A DNA stretch of 63,330 bases from Mycoplasma sp. CAG:877 (lineage in GTDB: Bacteria > Bacillota_I > Bacilli_A > RF39 > UBA660): NCBI GenBank assembly GCA_000433455.1, contig HF992499.1, positions 193,202 through 256,531 of the forward strand, in the 5' to 3' direction. Position numbers and translations under genes: made by a program. Under the pieces are notes generated by a model that saw only the letters and a program-made list of their open reading frames with translations, was not told where the DNA came from and ran no database searches. This document shows positions 54,508 through 63,330 of this stretch, one piece after another. How positions within the stretch are numbered: the first letter of the stretch is position 1; each line of letters starts with the position of its first letter.

Positions 54508-56261
54508 AACTACTGAAAAAATTTAAAAAGAAAGAATGGTTCTTATCATTTATCGCCTTACTACTAATAATTGTCGAAGTATGGCTTGAATTAAAAATGC
54601 CTGACTACATGTCAGAAATAACAAAACTCGTTCAAACAGAAGGCAGTAAAATGGCTGACATTATAACAAACGGTAGCTGGATGATAGGTTGTGCTCTAGG
54701 TAGCTTAACAGCCGCTATAATAGTAGGATATATCGTTGCTAATGTAGCCTCATCATTTTCTATGGACTTAAGAAAAGACCTCTTTAATAAAGTAGAAAGT
54801 CTTTCCATGAATGAGATTAAACAATTTAAAACTAACAGTTTAATTACTAGAACAACAAATGATATAACTCAAATAGAAATGGTAATAAGTATGGGACTTC
54901 AATTATTATTAAAAGCCCCAATAACAGCAGGATGGGCTATCTTAAAAATACTAAACAAGAGTTGGCAATGGAGTGTTTCTACTGCCGTAGCTGTAGTTAT
55001 ATTACTATCAGTAATTGGAATGCTAACAATAATTGTCATGCCAAAGTTTAAAATAGTTCAAAAATTAATTGATAAAATCAATGGTGTAACAAGAGAAAAC
55101 TTAACTGGTATTAGAGTAGTACGTGCTTTTAATGCAGAAAAGTATCAAGAAGATAAATTTGAAGAAGTTAATAACAAACTAACAAACCAGCAATTATTTA
55201 ATCAAACAATGTTTGCTATTTTATCTCCTGTAATGTACTTAGTAATGAATGGTCTAGCCCTAGCAATCTACTTTATTGGTGCTTCACTAATTAATAATGC
55301 CCTAATGGCTAATAAAATAGTTTTATTTGGAGATATGGTAGTCTTTTCATCATACTCAATGCAAGTAATAATGTCATTCCTTATGCTAGCAATGATTTTC
55401 ATGATGATGCCAAGAGCCCAAGTATCAGCTGAACGTATCAATGAAGTTTTAGAAAAAGATAGTTCTATAAAAGAAGGAACTTTTGATAATATTGATACTA
55501 AAGAGAAAGGTACAGTAGAATTTAGAGATGTTTCTTTCAAATACCCAGATGCTGAAGAGTATTTATTAAAAAATATTTCATTTAAAGTAAATAAAGGTGA
55601 AACAATAGCCTTTATAGGTTCAACCGGTTCAGGTAAATCAACTCTAATAAACCTAGTACCAAGATTTTATGATGCTACTGAAGGAGAAGTTCTAGTAGAT
55701 GGTATTAATGTAAAAGAATATAAAGAGGAAATTCTAAATAATAAATTAGGATACATTCCTCAAAAAGCTGTAATCTTTAGTGGTAGTGTAAATTTCAATG
55801 TTTCTTATGGCGAAAATGGTAAGAAAAAGACTAAAAAAGATATTGAAGAAGCTATCAGAGTAGCTCAAGCTAAAGAATTTGTCGAGAAAATGGATAAAGG
55901 TTACAACACTCATCTAGCTCAAGGCGGAACAAATGTCTCAGGTGGTCAAAAACAACGTCTAGCAATAGCCCGTGCCATCGCCAGACGTCCAGAAATCTAC
56001 ATCTTTGATGACTCATTCTCAGCGCTAGATTATAAAACAGATTCCGTTTTAAGAAAAGAATTAAAAAAATATACTAAAGATGCTACTTGTCTAATAGTTG
56101 CTCAACGTATTGGAACAATAATGAATGCCGATAAAATTGTAGTCTTAGACAATGGTCACTGTGTAGGAATAGGTACACACAAAGAATTATTAAAAACATG
56201 TGAAGTATATAAACAAATTGCTTTATCTCAATTATCAAAGGAGGAACTAGAAAATGAATAA
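54501..56261 (+). CDS. Type I ABC exporter half-transporter carrying the degenerate ATPase site
   Basis: 6 TM plus NBD. GSTGSGKST, VSGGQKQRLAIARA. Walker B is IYIFDDS, with Asp in place of the catalytic Glu. Confidence 0.9.
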   Translation: MLKLLKKFKKKEWFLSFIALLLIIVEVWLELKMPDYMSEITKLVQTEGSKMADIITNGSWMIGCALGSLTAAIIVGYIVANVASSFSMDLRKDLFNKVESLSMNEIKQFKTNSLITRTTNDITQIEMVISMGLQLLLKAPITAGWAILKILNKSWQWSVSTAVAVVILLSVIGMLTIIVMPKFKIVQKLIDKINGVTRENLTGIRVVRAFNAEKYQEDKFEEVNNKLTNQQLFNQTMFAILSPVMYLVMNGLALAIYFIGASLINNALMANKIVLFGDMVVFSSYSMQVIMSFLMLAMIFMMMPRAQVSAERINEVLEKDSSIKEGTFDNIDTKEKGTVEFRDVSFKYPDAEEYLLKNISFKVNKGETIAFIGSTGSGKSTLINLVPRFYDATEGEVLVDGINVKEYKEEILNNKLGYIPQKAVIFSGSVNFNVSYGENGKKKTKKDIEEAIRVAQAKEFVEKMDKGYNTHLAQGGTNVSGGQKQRLAIARAIARRPEIYIFDDSFSALDYKTDSVLRKELKKYTKDATCLIVAQRIGTIMNADKIVVLDNGHCVGIGTHKELLKTCEVYKQIALSQLSKEELENE

Positions 56262-58617
56262 CGAAGAACATACAGAAAAAGAATCTAGAAGACATGGTCC
56301 TCCAGGAATGCATGGTGGAATGGAAAAACCCAAAAATCTAAAAAAAGCTATTAAAAGACTAACTCAAGGCTTAAAAGATTTCAAGCTTCTAATTCTAGTA
56401 TCCCTAATTCTAGCAGCAGCAGGTTCAATTCTTGCTATATTTACTCCAAATATAATAAAGGATCTAACAGATGAAATTTCTAAAGGACTAGTTGTAAATA
56501 GTAAAAACTTAGAATTAGTAACAAAAGAAATAACAACAAACTTCTCTTCAAACGAAGAACAACAAAGAATTCAAGAAATATTAAATATTAATCTTTCAAA
56601 TGAAACAGTAATAACTATAATGCAAGATAGTAATATTTCTCAAACAGATAAAAAAGCCTTTCAAGACTATTTAACAAGTATTAACAAAAATCAAGAAGAA
56701 GCCCTAAAAAATCTAACTACACTACCTAATTCTATATTAGAAATAGTCTTAAAAGATTCAACATACCAAGAAAAAACCATTTCAACACGAGAAAAAATAG
56801 ATCTATTAAACTCGCTAAAAGACAATAAAATAAATATTAGTGAAAATCTTCAAAATATATTATTAAAAGATATAACTATAAAAAATCAAAAAATAACTAG
56901 TAAAGAACAAATACAATATCTAAGTTTAATGTCTAGTCTTCAAAATAAAAAAGATATTGATGCAACCACTCTATATAAAAAGATAGATAAGATGCCTTTA
57001 TCAATAAAAAAACTAATAGAACCAAACATGAACTTAGAAAAGATTAAGAATATTACTATTTTATTAGTAATTCTTTACGTTGTTAGTGCAATATTTACTT
57101 ATTTTGAATCAATTACTATGACTCAAGCTGCTAATAGATTTGCTAAAAAATTACGTAGTAGCATTTCAACTAAAATTAATAAATTACCATTAAAGTACTT
57201 TGATCAACATGCAACTGGTGACATCCTATCTAGAGTTACAAATGATATTGATACTATTGCTCAAGCTATGAACCAATCTCTTTCTACTTTAGTAAGTGCT
57301 GCAACTCTTTTAATAGGAACAGTAGTAATGATGTTTATAACAAACTGGATTCTAGCTCTAACAGCAATATTTTCAAGTTTATTTGGTTTCATCTTTATGG
57401 CCATAGTACTTGGAAAATCTCAAAAGTACTTTACAGCTCGTCAAAAAGAACTTGGTAATTTAAATGGTCATATTGAAGAAATATATTCTGGACTAAATGT
57501 TGTAAAAACATACAATGGAGTAGAGGAGTCTAATAAAAAGTTTGACGAATTAAATAAAAAGTTATATGACGCCAATAGAAAAAGTCAATTCCTATCAGGC
57601 TTAATGCCTCCAATGATGCAATTTATTGGAAACTTTGGCTATGTAGCAGTTTGTATAGTAGGAGCAGTTTTAACTATGAACAATACAATCAGTTTCGGTG
57701 TTATTATTGCTTTCATTACATATGTTAGATTATTCTCATCACCATTATCACAATTAGCTCAAGCTATGACACAAGTCCAAACAACAGCAGCTGCTAGTGA
57801 AAGAGTTTATGAGTTCATTGATGAAGCTGAAATGAGTAGTGAAAAAGAACTTACAAAGAAACTAAATAAAAACAAAGTAAAAGGTAACATTGAATTTAAA
57901 CATGTATCTTTCAAGTATGATGGTAATGATAAACCAACTATAAAAGACTTTAGTGCTCAAGCTAAAAATGGCCAAAAAATAGCGATAGTTGGTCCAACAG
58001 GTGCCGGTAAAACTACTATGGTTAACTTATTAATGAAGTTCTATGAAATAAACTCTGGTGACATACTAATTGATGGTACATCTATCAAAGAATTAACTAG
58101 AGAAAACATCCATAATCTATTTACAATGGTCTTGCAAGATACTTGGTTATTTAGTGGTACAATAAAAGAAAACATAGTCTATAACCATAAAAACGTTTCT
58201 GATGAAAGAGTAAAAGAAGTATGTGAAACAATTGGTCTAGATCATTTTATTAAAACACTTCCTAATGGCTATGACTCTAATTTAGAAGATAACGAAAGTA
58301 TCTCTGCTGGACAAAAACAATTATTAACAATTGCTCGTGGTATGATTGAAGATGCACCTTTCTTAATCCTAGACGAAGCTACATCAAATGTTGATACTAG
58401 AACTGAAGAGTTAGTTCAAAAAGCCATGGATAAATTAACCGAAGGGAAAACAAGTTTTATTATTGCTCACCGTCTATCTACTATTAAAAATGCTGACTTA
58501 ATTCTAGTAATGAATGAAGGAGATATAATAGAACAAGGTAATCACGATGAGTTAATTAAAAAGAATGGTTTCTATGCTACTTTATATAACTCTCAATTTG
58601 ATCAAAATGCAAATTAA
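56254..58617 (+). CDS. Type I ABC exporter half-transporter (consensus site) with a ~190-aa insertion between TM1 and TM2
   Basis: GPTGAGKTT, Walker B LILDEATS, non-canonical signature ISAGQ. 8-nt overlap with the partner gene. 787 aa. Confidence 0.9.
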   Translation: MNNEEHTEKESRRHGPPGMHGGMEKPKNLKKAIKRLTQGLKDFKLLILVSLILAAAGSILAIFTPNIIKDLTDEISKGLVVNSKNLELVTKEITTNFSSNEEQQRIQEILNINLSNETVITIMQDSNISQTDKKAFQDYLTSINKNQEEALKNLTTLPNSILEIVLKDSTYQEKTISTREKIDLLNSLKDNKINISENLQNILLKDITIKNQKITSKEQIQYLSLMSSLQNKKDIDATTLYKKIDKMPLSIKKLIEPNMNLEKIKNITILLVILYVVSAIFTYFESITMTQAANRFAKKLRSSISTKINKLPLKYFDQHATGDILSRVTNDIDTIAQAMNQSLSTLVSAATLLIGTVVMMFITNWILALTAIFSSLFGFIFMAIVLGKSQKYFTARQKELGNLNGHIEEIYSGLNVVKTYNGVEESNKKFDELNKKLYDANRKSQFLSGLMPPMMQFIGNFGYVAVCIVGAVLTMNNTISFGVIIAFITYVRLFSSPLSQLAQAMTQVQTTAAASERVYEFIDEAEMSSEKELTKKLNKNKVKGNIEFKHVSFKYDGNDKPTIKDFSAQAKNGQKIAIVGPTGAGKTTMVNLLMKFYEINSGDILIDGTSIKELTRENIHNLFTMVLQDTWLFSGTIKENIVYNHKNVSDERVKEVCETIGLDHFIKTLPNGYDSNLEDNESISAGQKQLLTIARGMIEDAPFLILDEATSNVDTRTEELVQKAMDKLTEGKTSFIIAHRLSTIKNADLILVMNEGDIIEQGNHDELIKKNGFYATLYNSQFDQNAN

Positions 58618-58621
58618 AAAT

Positions 58622-58656
58622 AAAGTGTCTAATCTCTGACGATAGACACTTTTTTA
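58622..58656 (+). terminator. Rho-independent terminator
   Basis: AAAGTGTCTA-loop-TAGACACTTT followed by TTTT. Confidence 0.7.
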
Positions 58657-58704
58657 TTGTAAAAAAAGAAATTATATATTAAAATTAAATAGTAAGGTTG
58701 GTGT

Positions 58705-59487
58705 ATGATAATGGAAAAAAATACCACACAAAAGCAAACTAAATTGACTGAATATGGTAAAGGTTCAGTAGGAATAATATTTCTTCTTTTAGTCATTTCT
58801 GGCTTTTGTTTTTATACATATTATGAGTACATTCTTCATCAAAATGAAATAACTAGATTAAAAGATGAATGTACACCAGTTTCTACTACTAGTGGTGAGA
58901 AAAAACTTGATTTAAATTCAACTATTGTCCAAGACTTATATAGTAAAGTAGTAACTAATATTAAAGAAGATACTGCAAATCCAACTTTTAATGATTCCAT
59001 AAAAATGTACCTAGCTTATAGACAACTTTCTCATGACAAAATATATAATTCTAACTGTAATCAGTTTAATGATACAGCTATGCCACTATTTACTTGTCTA
59101 GACACCGAAGAAATAACTCCAACAGCATTTAAAGAAGAAAGTTTAAAAATTGAATACAAAAAATTATTTGGAGAACAAGCTAATTTTCAAAATGCCAATA
59201 TCCAACTTGGTAGAACTTGTCTAGGAGGATACCAATACATTGCTAGTCGAGGAGAATACGTCTCAGGTTACTGTGCCCAAGCTCCAACTACAAGTTACTA
59301 TGTTGAAAAAGAACTTGAAAAAGCCATCTCTAAAGAATCAACAATCTATTTATACGAAAAAGTAAAATATCTAGGTAGTGAAGGTCAAAAACTACCAGAA
59401 GAGTTACTATCAGGAACATATAAATATACATTTAAACTAGATACAAATTATAATTATGTATTACTAAGTAAAGAATTAGAACAATAG
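58705..59487 (+). CDS. Membrane-anchored hypothetical protein
   Basis: One TM helix (GSVGIIFLLLVISGFCFYTYY) followed by a ~200-aa Cys-containing ectodomain. Confidence 0.6.
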   Translation: MIMEKNTTQKQTKLTEYGKGSVGIIFLLLVISGFCFYTYYEYILHQNEITRLKDECTPVSTTSGEKKLDLNSTIVQDLYSKVVTNIKEDTANPTFNDSIKMYLAYRQLSHDKIYNSNCNQFNDTAMPLFTCLDTEEITPTAFKEESLKIEYKKLFGEQANFQNANIQLGRTCLGGYQYIASRGEYVSGYCAQAPTTSYYVEKELEKAISKESTIYLYEKVKYLGSEGQKLPEELLSGTYKYTFKLDTNYNYVLLSKELEQ

Positions 59488-59503
59488 AAATAAGGTGAAA
59501 ATT

Positions 59504-60028
59504 ATGGAAATAAAAAAAGTAATAACAGGAGTATTAGATGAGAATTGTTATGTATTAATTAAAAATAATACTGCAATCATTATAGATCCAGGAGATGACT
59601 ATTTAGACATTAAAGAAGCAATTGGTGAAAATAAAGTTTTAGCAGTCTTAATAACTCATTCTCATTTTGATCACATCGGAGCTTTAAGAAACTTCTTAAC
59701 AAAACGCTCTATAAAAATATTCAAAAAAAGTAGTCTAGAAGAAAAAGAATATACTATTGGAGATTTTAAATTTAAATGTATTTATACTCCAGGTCATTCT
59801 AAAGACTCTGTAAGTTTCTTCTTTGAAGAAAATAATTGTATGTTTGTAGGAGACTTTATCTTTAAAGAATCAATTGGTAGAACAGACTTACCTGGTGGAG
59901 ACAATAACGATATGAAAGAAAGTCTTAATAAACTACTAGCATTTAACGAAAGTATAACTCTATATCCAGGACATGATGATGAGACTACTCTAAAATATGA
60001 AAAAGAACACAATCCATACTTAAAATAG
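59504..60028 (+). CDS. MBL-fold metallo-hydrolase (glyoxalase II-like)
   Basis: THSHFDHIGA (HxHxDH), PGHS, GDFIF, PGHD. AAGGTG RBS supports the ATG at 59504. Confidence 0.85.
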   Translation: MEIKKVITGVLDENCYVLIKNNTAIIIDPGDDYLDIKEAIGENKVLAVLITHSHFDHIGALRNFLTKRSIKIFKKSSLEEKEYTIGDFKFKCIYTPGHSKDSVSFFFEENNCMFVGDFIFKESIGRTDLPGGDNNDMKESLNKLLAFNESITLYPGHDDETTLKYEKEHNPYLK

Positions 60029-60095
60029 AAAGATATTCTTTCTTTTTTTCTTATCTTATGTTATTATACTAAGTCAAGAAAAGGGAAGGGATAAT

Positions 60096-60398
60096 ATGAA
60101 AGTATGGACAAAAGTACGTCTAAAAGACCAAAATAAAAAAATAGAATTAGTAAGTAGATCACTAACCAATTATTTATATGCTTACGGTCCAGCAGCCGAA
60201 GTAAAAGAAAAATACAATATATCTGAAAATGACTATGCAAAAATGAGTCAATATACAGCTAATCGTATTTCTGGAATCTTACTACTATATCTAGCAAAAG
60301 ACTATAAAAGGATAAATGATATTGCTAATAAATATAATTTAAATAATGAAGTAATAAAAAATATTTATCCCGAAATAGAAGGATATATATCAAAATAA
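60096..60398 (+). CDS. Hypothetical protein (100 aa)
   Basis: GGGAAGGG RBS. No motif recognised. Confidence 0.55.
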   Translation: MKVWTKVRLKDQNKKIELVSRSLTNYLYAYGPAAEVKEKYNISENDYAKMSQYTANRISGILLLYLAKDYKRINDIANKYNLNNEVIKNIYPEIEGYISK

Positions 60399-60420
60399 AA
60401 AGTCATCAACCGATGACTTT
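60399..60420. terminator. Bidirectional terminator shared by convergent genes
   Basis: AAAGTCATC-AACC-GATGACTTT flanked by A-run and T-run. Confidence 0.7.
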
Positions 60421-60425
60421 ATTTT

Positions 60426-60512
60426 TTATAGGTAAAATAAAACACTAAGAAAACCAATTAACATAGCTAAAACTAAAATAATTGATACAACTTTAACAAC
60501 TTTTTTATTCAT
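60426..60512 (-). CDS. Unannotated 28-aa hydrophobic peptide MNKKVVKVVSIILVLAMLIGFLSVLFYL
   Basis: GAGGTGG RBS 5 nt upstream of the ATG. Promoter TTTACT-N17-TATAAT (60532-60560, minus strand). Ends at the bidirectional terminator. Confidence 0.55.
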   Translation of the reverse strand: MNKKVVKVVSIILVLAMLIGFLSVLFYL

Positions 60513-60617
60513 AGTATCCACCTCACTATTAATTATAAATTATTTGTCATAAAAAGTAAAACATATTTTCACATACAACACTCTAATAACTAATATATTT
60601 AACTGAGGATGATAATA

Positions 60618-61214
60618 ATGAAAGAACTACTAAAAAAACTAAAAACTAAAAAAGTATTTATCATAATTTTCATAGTAACACTTCTAGCATTCATAATAGG
60701 AATACTCTTAGTAAGTATTGAATCAAAAGATAATAAAGAATTAATAACAACAAGTCTAACTACCTTCTTTAATAATATCAAAGAAAACAAATTAAATACT
60801 CAAACACTACTCTATAAAAGTATAACTAATAACTTAATAATTAATATTATAGTCTGGTTACTAGGTATATCTATAATTGGACTACCTATAGTTCTAATTA
60901 TCTTAGGTTTTAAAAGTCTTACCATAGGCTTTACTATTTCAAGTATTCTCTATACTTATAAATTAAATGGTCTTATCAAAGTAATAATATACATAATTCC
61001 TAATATAATAAACTTATTTGTCTTATTTGTCTTAACATATTATTCTATAAATTTTTCTTTAATGTTATTTAACTATCTATTTAGAAAAAAAGAATATAAT
61101 AAAAAATTAATTGTAAATAGATACTTAAAATTACTAATATTATCACTACTAATATCTATTCTAACCTCTGTAATAGAAACTTTTATTTTACCTAAACTAT
61201 TTTATTTAACATAA
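60618..61214 (+). CDS. SpoIIM-like (DUF95) integral membrane protein
   Basis: Topology and the central ..NNLIINIIVWLLGISIIGLPIVLIILGFKSLTIGF.. region resemble stage II sporulation protein M. Confidence 0.5.
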   Translation: MKELLKKLKTKKVFIIIFIVTLLAFIIGILLVSIESKDNKELITTSLTTFFNNIKENKLNTQTLLYKSITNNLIINIIVWLLGISIIGLPIVLIILGFKSLTIGFTISSILYTYKLNGLIKVIIYIIPNIINLFVLFVLTYYSINFSLMLFNYLFRKKEYNKKLIVNRYLKLLILSLLISILTSVIETFILPKLFYLT

Positions 61215-61263
61215 TCTTTTAAAAATACTAAAAATACTGTATAATTTTAACTGGTGAAGTACT

Positions 61264-62301
61264 ATGAAAAATAAAAAAAGAGTTGTTGTTGCGATGAGTG
61301 GAGGAGTAGACTCATCTACTGCTGCATACTTATTAAAAGAAGAAGGATATGACGTTGTGGGTGCAACTATGCAACTTTTAGATGATGAAAAGACTCTTCA
61401 AGCTATAAAAGATGCTAAAGAAGTTGCTAAAACTATTGGTATTAAGCACTATGTATTTGACCTTAGAAAAGAGTTTAAAGAAATAGTAATAGCAAACTTT
61501 ATAGACTCTTATAAAAAAGGTTTAACCCCAAATCCATGTGTATTATGTAATAAAATATTTAAATTTGGTATCTTCTATAATAAAGCCAAAGAAGAATTAA
61601 AAGCTGATTATATATCTACAGGTCACTATGCCAATATTGAAAACTCTAAATTAAAGGCTTGTAACACTCTAAATAAAGATCAATCATACTTCTTATATGG
61701 AATAGATAAAAACGTCTTAGATAAAGTAATATTTCCCTTAAAAGACTATCATGATAAAACAGAAGTAAGAAACATTGCTGCCTTAGCTGGGTTAAATGTC
61801 AGTAATAAAAAAGATAGTCAAGAAATATGCTTTATTCCAAATGATGACTATGCTAAGTATTTAGAAAATAATTTAAAAAACAAACCATTACCTGGAAATA
61901 TCTATTTAGAAGATAATAGTTTAATTGGTAAGCATCATGGTCTAATATATTATACAATTGGTCAAAGAAAAGGTCTTAACATAAGTTATAAAGAACCACT
62001 ATATGTATTAAAAATAGATACAGAAAATAATTCATTAATTGTAGGGCCAAATAAAAGCCTATTTAAAGACAAATTACAAGCAACTAACATAAATATACTA
62101 GTAGATAAATTACCAGCAAATGCACTAGCTAAAATAAGGTCTAGAGGTCCTAAAGAAGAAGTAAAAATAGAACAAATAAATGACAAACTAATAGTAACAT
62201 TTAAAGAACCAGTGAGAGCCATAACCCCAGGTCAATCAATAGTCTTTTATGATAAATCTGACACCTGTTTAGGTGGAGGAATAATAGAAAAAACTCTCTA
62301 A
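61264..62301 (+). CDS. mnmA: tRNA 2-thiouridine(34) synthase MnmA (full length)
   Basis: [11 protein letters not shown]-loop, TPNPCVLCN, TGHYA, DQSYFL, SQEICFI (second catalytic Cys) and the C-terminal barrel region. Confidence 0.9.
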   Translation: MKNKKRVVVAMSGGVDSSTAAYLLKEEGYDVVGATMQLLDDEKTLQAIKDAKEVAKTIGIKHYVFDLRKEFKEIVIANFIDSYKKGLTPNPCVLCNKIFKFGIFYNKAKEELKADYISTGHYANIENSKLKACNTLNKDQSYFLYGIDKNVLDKVIFPLKDYHDKTEVRNIAALAGLNVSNKKDSQEICFIPNDDYAKYLENNLKNKPLPGNIYLEDNSLIGKHHGLIYYTIGQRKGLNISYKEPLYVLKIDTENNSLIVGPNKSLFKDKLQATNINILVDKLPANALAKIRSRGPKEEVKIEQINDKLIVTFKEPVRAITPGQSIVFYDKSDTCLGGGIIEKTL

Positions 62302-62305
62302 AAAA

Positions 62306-62336
62306 AAATATATAGTTTATCTATATATTTTTTTAT
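62306..62336 (+). terminator. Rho-independent terminator
   Basis: AAATATATAG-loop-CTATATATTT followed by a T-run. Confidence 0.65.
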
Positions 62337-62357
62337 TTATAAAGTGTCAATTTACAC

Positions 62358-62386
62358 TTGATTATTTACACAAACCTGTCTATAAT
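62358..62386 (+). promoter_or_regulatory. Promoter TTGATT-N17-TATAAT flanked by or overlapping a direct repeat ATTTACAC x2
   Basis: Read directly. The repeats lie at about 62350-62357 and 62364-62371. Confidence 0.5.
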
Positions 62387-62406
62387 TATATTAGGAGGGT
62401 AAAAAT

Positions 62407-63174
62407 ATGAAAGAATTAAACGTAGTCCTAACAGAATTAGGAATTAGCAAAGTTCGTTTAGCAAAATACCTAGGAGTTTCAAGACAAATGCTATATAATT
62501 ATTTAGCAATCGACAATATTAATAATTGGCCCAAAGAAAAAGCAGCAAAATTATTAAGTCTATTAAATATTGAGAATATAGAACAATTAGGTTCTTTAAA
62601 AATAAATGGTGAATATATTATTGAAGTAGAGAATAGGTTAAATGAAGGTGTAAAAGACACTTCTAATAAAGATATAATCGCAGACCTAAAAGGTTTCAAT
62701 AAAAAGGAACAAGAACTATTATCTGATATTATTAATTTATTAAAAGAAAAATTATCATCTGATAAAACTAAAGATACTTATAATACATATTTATATTTAT
62801 ATCACTTTCTACAATCAATGGAAACTAATCAAGAATTAAAATATATATTAGGATATGTATCAAAATCCCTTGGATTTACACCACCTATGGAATTTGCTTT
62901 CAACGGGGATAAGCAATTTATTTTTGAAAGTATTATGTTCAGTGCTATGACTCTATATAATAATGGGGGAGCTTCTAAAACAAGACTAGCTGCTTCTCAT
63001 AAACGTTTTGAAGAGGATATAGAACATAAGAATGAAGAAAAACTATCTCGTACTCAAGAATTAAATACTGCTAAAATTCAAGCTCTAAAAGAGTTAGGTT
63101 ATACAGAAATAAATGAAGATAATGCTAAAGAAGTATTAGAAAAAATTGCCGAAATTCAATCTCGAAAAGTATAA
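62407..63174 (+). CDS. HTH-domain protein of unknown function (255 aa)
   Basis: N-terminal HTH LGISKVRLAKYLGVSRQMLYNYL. The helical remainder is unrecognised. GGAGGG RBS. Confidence 0.6.
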   Translation: MKELNVVLTELGISKVRLAKYLGVSRQMLYNYLAIDNINNWPKEKAAKLLSLLNIENIEQLGSLKINGEYIIEVENRLNEGVKDTSNKDIIADLKGFNKKEQELLSDIINLLKEKLSSDKTKDTYNTYLYLYHFLQSMETNQELKYILGYVSKSLGFTPPMEFAFNGDKQFIFESIMFSAMTLYNNGGASKTRLAASHKRFEEDIEHKNEEKLSRTQELNTAKIQALKELGYTEINEDNAKEVLEKIAEIQSRKV

Positions 63175-63330
63175 TGTGTAGTAGAGTAGTAGGGAAGTAA
63201 ATTAAAAAGAAAAGATTATATAATACGTTTGTTCTATTGTATAATTTTTTTTATGTAAAAATTTAAAAAATAACTTCCTATAAATTTATAAAAATATTAT
63301 TTAATTAATTTAAAATAACAAAATATAATT

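Noticed and set aside
63175-63330. Extremely AT-rich terminal 156 bp, as a possible replication origin or att site.
   Set aside because: It has no DnaA-box (TTATCCACA-like) clusters or repeats. The region is truncated by the window edge and cannot be interpreted.

Overview
This is a very AT-rich Firmicutes-type chromosomal segment. It reads with the standard bacterial code, since several well-supported genes end in TGA. There are roughly 65 protein-coding genes, almost all on the + strand. They are tightly packed, often translationally coupled (ATGA-type overlaps), and preceded by GGAGG-like RBSs. A partial tRNA-Leu(UAG) sits at the left edge and a solitary, self-contained tRNA-Glu(CUC) sits at 53.8 kb. 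The host looks like an endospore former (GerAA/SpoVAF-family gene, SpoIIM-like gene). I saw no rRNA, CRISPR array, integrase, transposase, restriction-modification or phage structural genes. Housekeeping genes are present: a RumA-type rRNA methyltransferase, ogt, a cmk-like gene, queH, murC, mnmA and a YbaK-like editing protein. They are interleaved with a dense set of envelope, export and resistance-type functions. These include five ABC systems: a MacB/FtsX type at 10.3-13.5 kb, an ABC-2-like system at 20.5-22.9 kb, a BceRS-AB module at 25.2-29.7 kb, a tandem pair of ATPase-FtsX fusions at 35.9-40.6 kb, and a MarR-linked heterodimeric exporter at 54.0-58.6 kb. Also present are a TetR-MMPL-heptad-repeat protein cluster, csoR-copA-copZ, a ZIP transporter, a Qnr-like pentapeptide protein, a CAT-like acetyltransferase, VanZ, a Fic protein and two membrane-tethered XRE regulators. 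The items I consider most worth a second look are: (1) a membrane protein with a cytoplasmic Asn/Gln-rich prion-like domain; (2) a small Cys-bracketed ectodomain shared by three proteins with different N-terminal modules; (3) a truncated, chimeric second copy of mnmA next to the copper operon, in a patchwork region that also holds a split PH-like gene; (4) possible BcrR-like one-component regulator plus ABC modules; (5) a GerAA plus mini-GerAC pair lacking a B subunit; (6) the stand-alone tRNA-Glu(CUC); (7) an unannotated 28-aa hydrophobic peptide gene. No known defence or mobile system is evident. All functional calls come from reading motifs by eye and remain hypotheses until checked by database searches.
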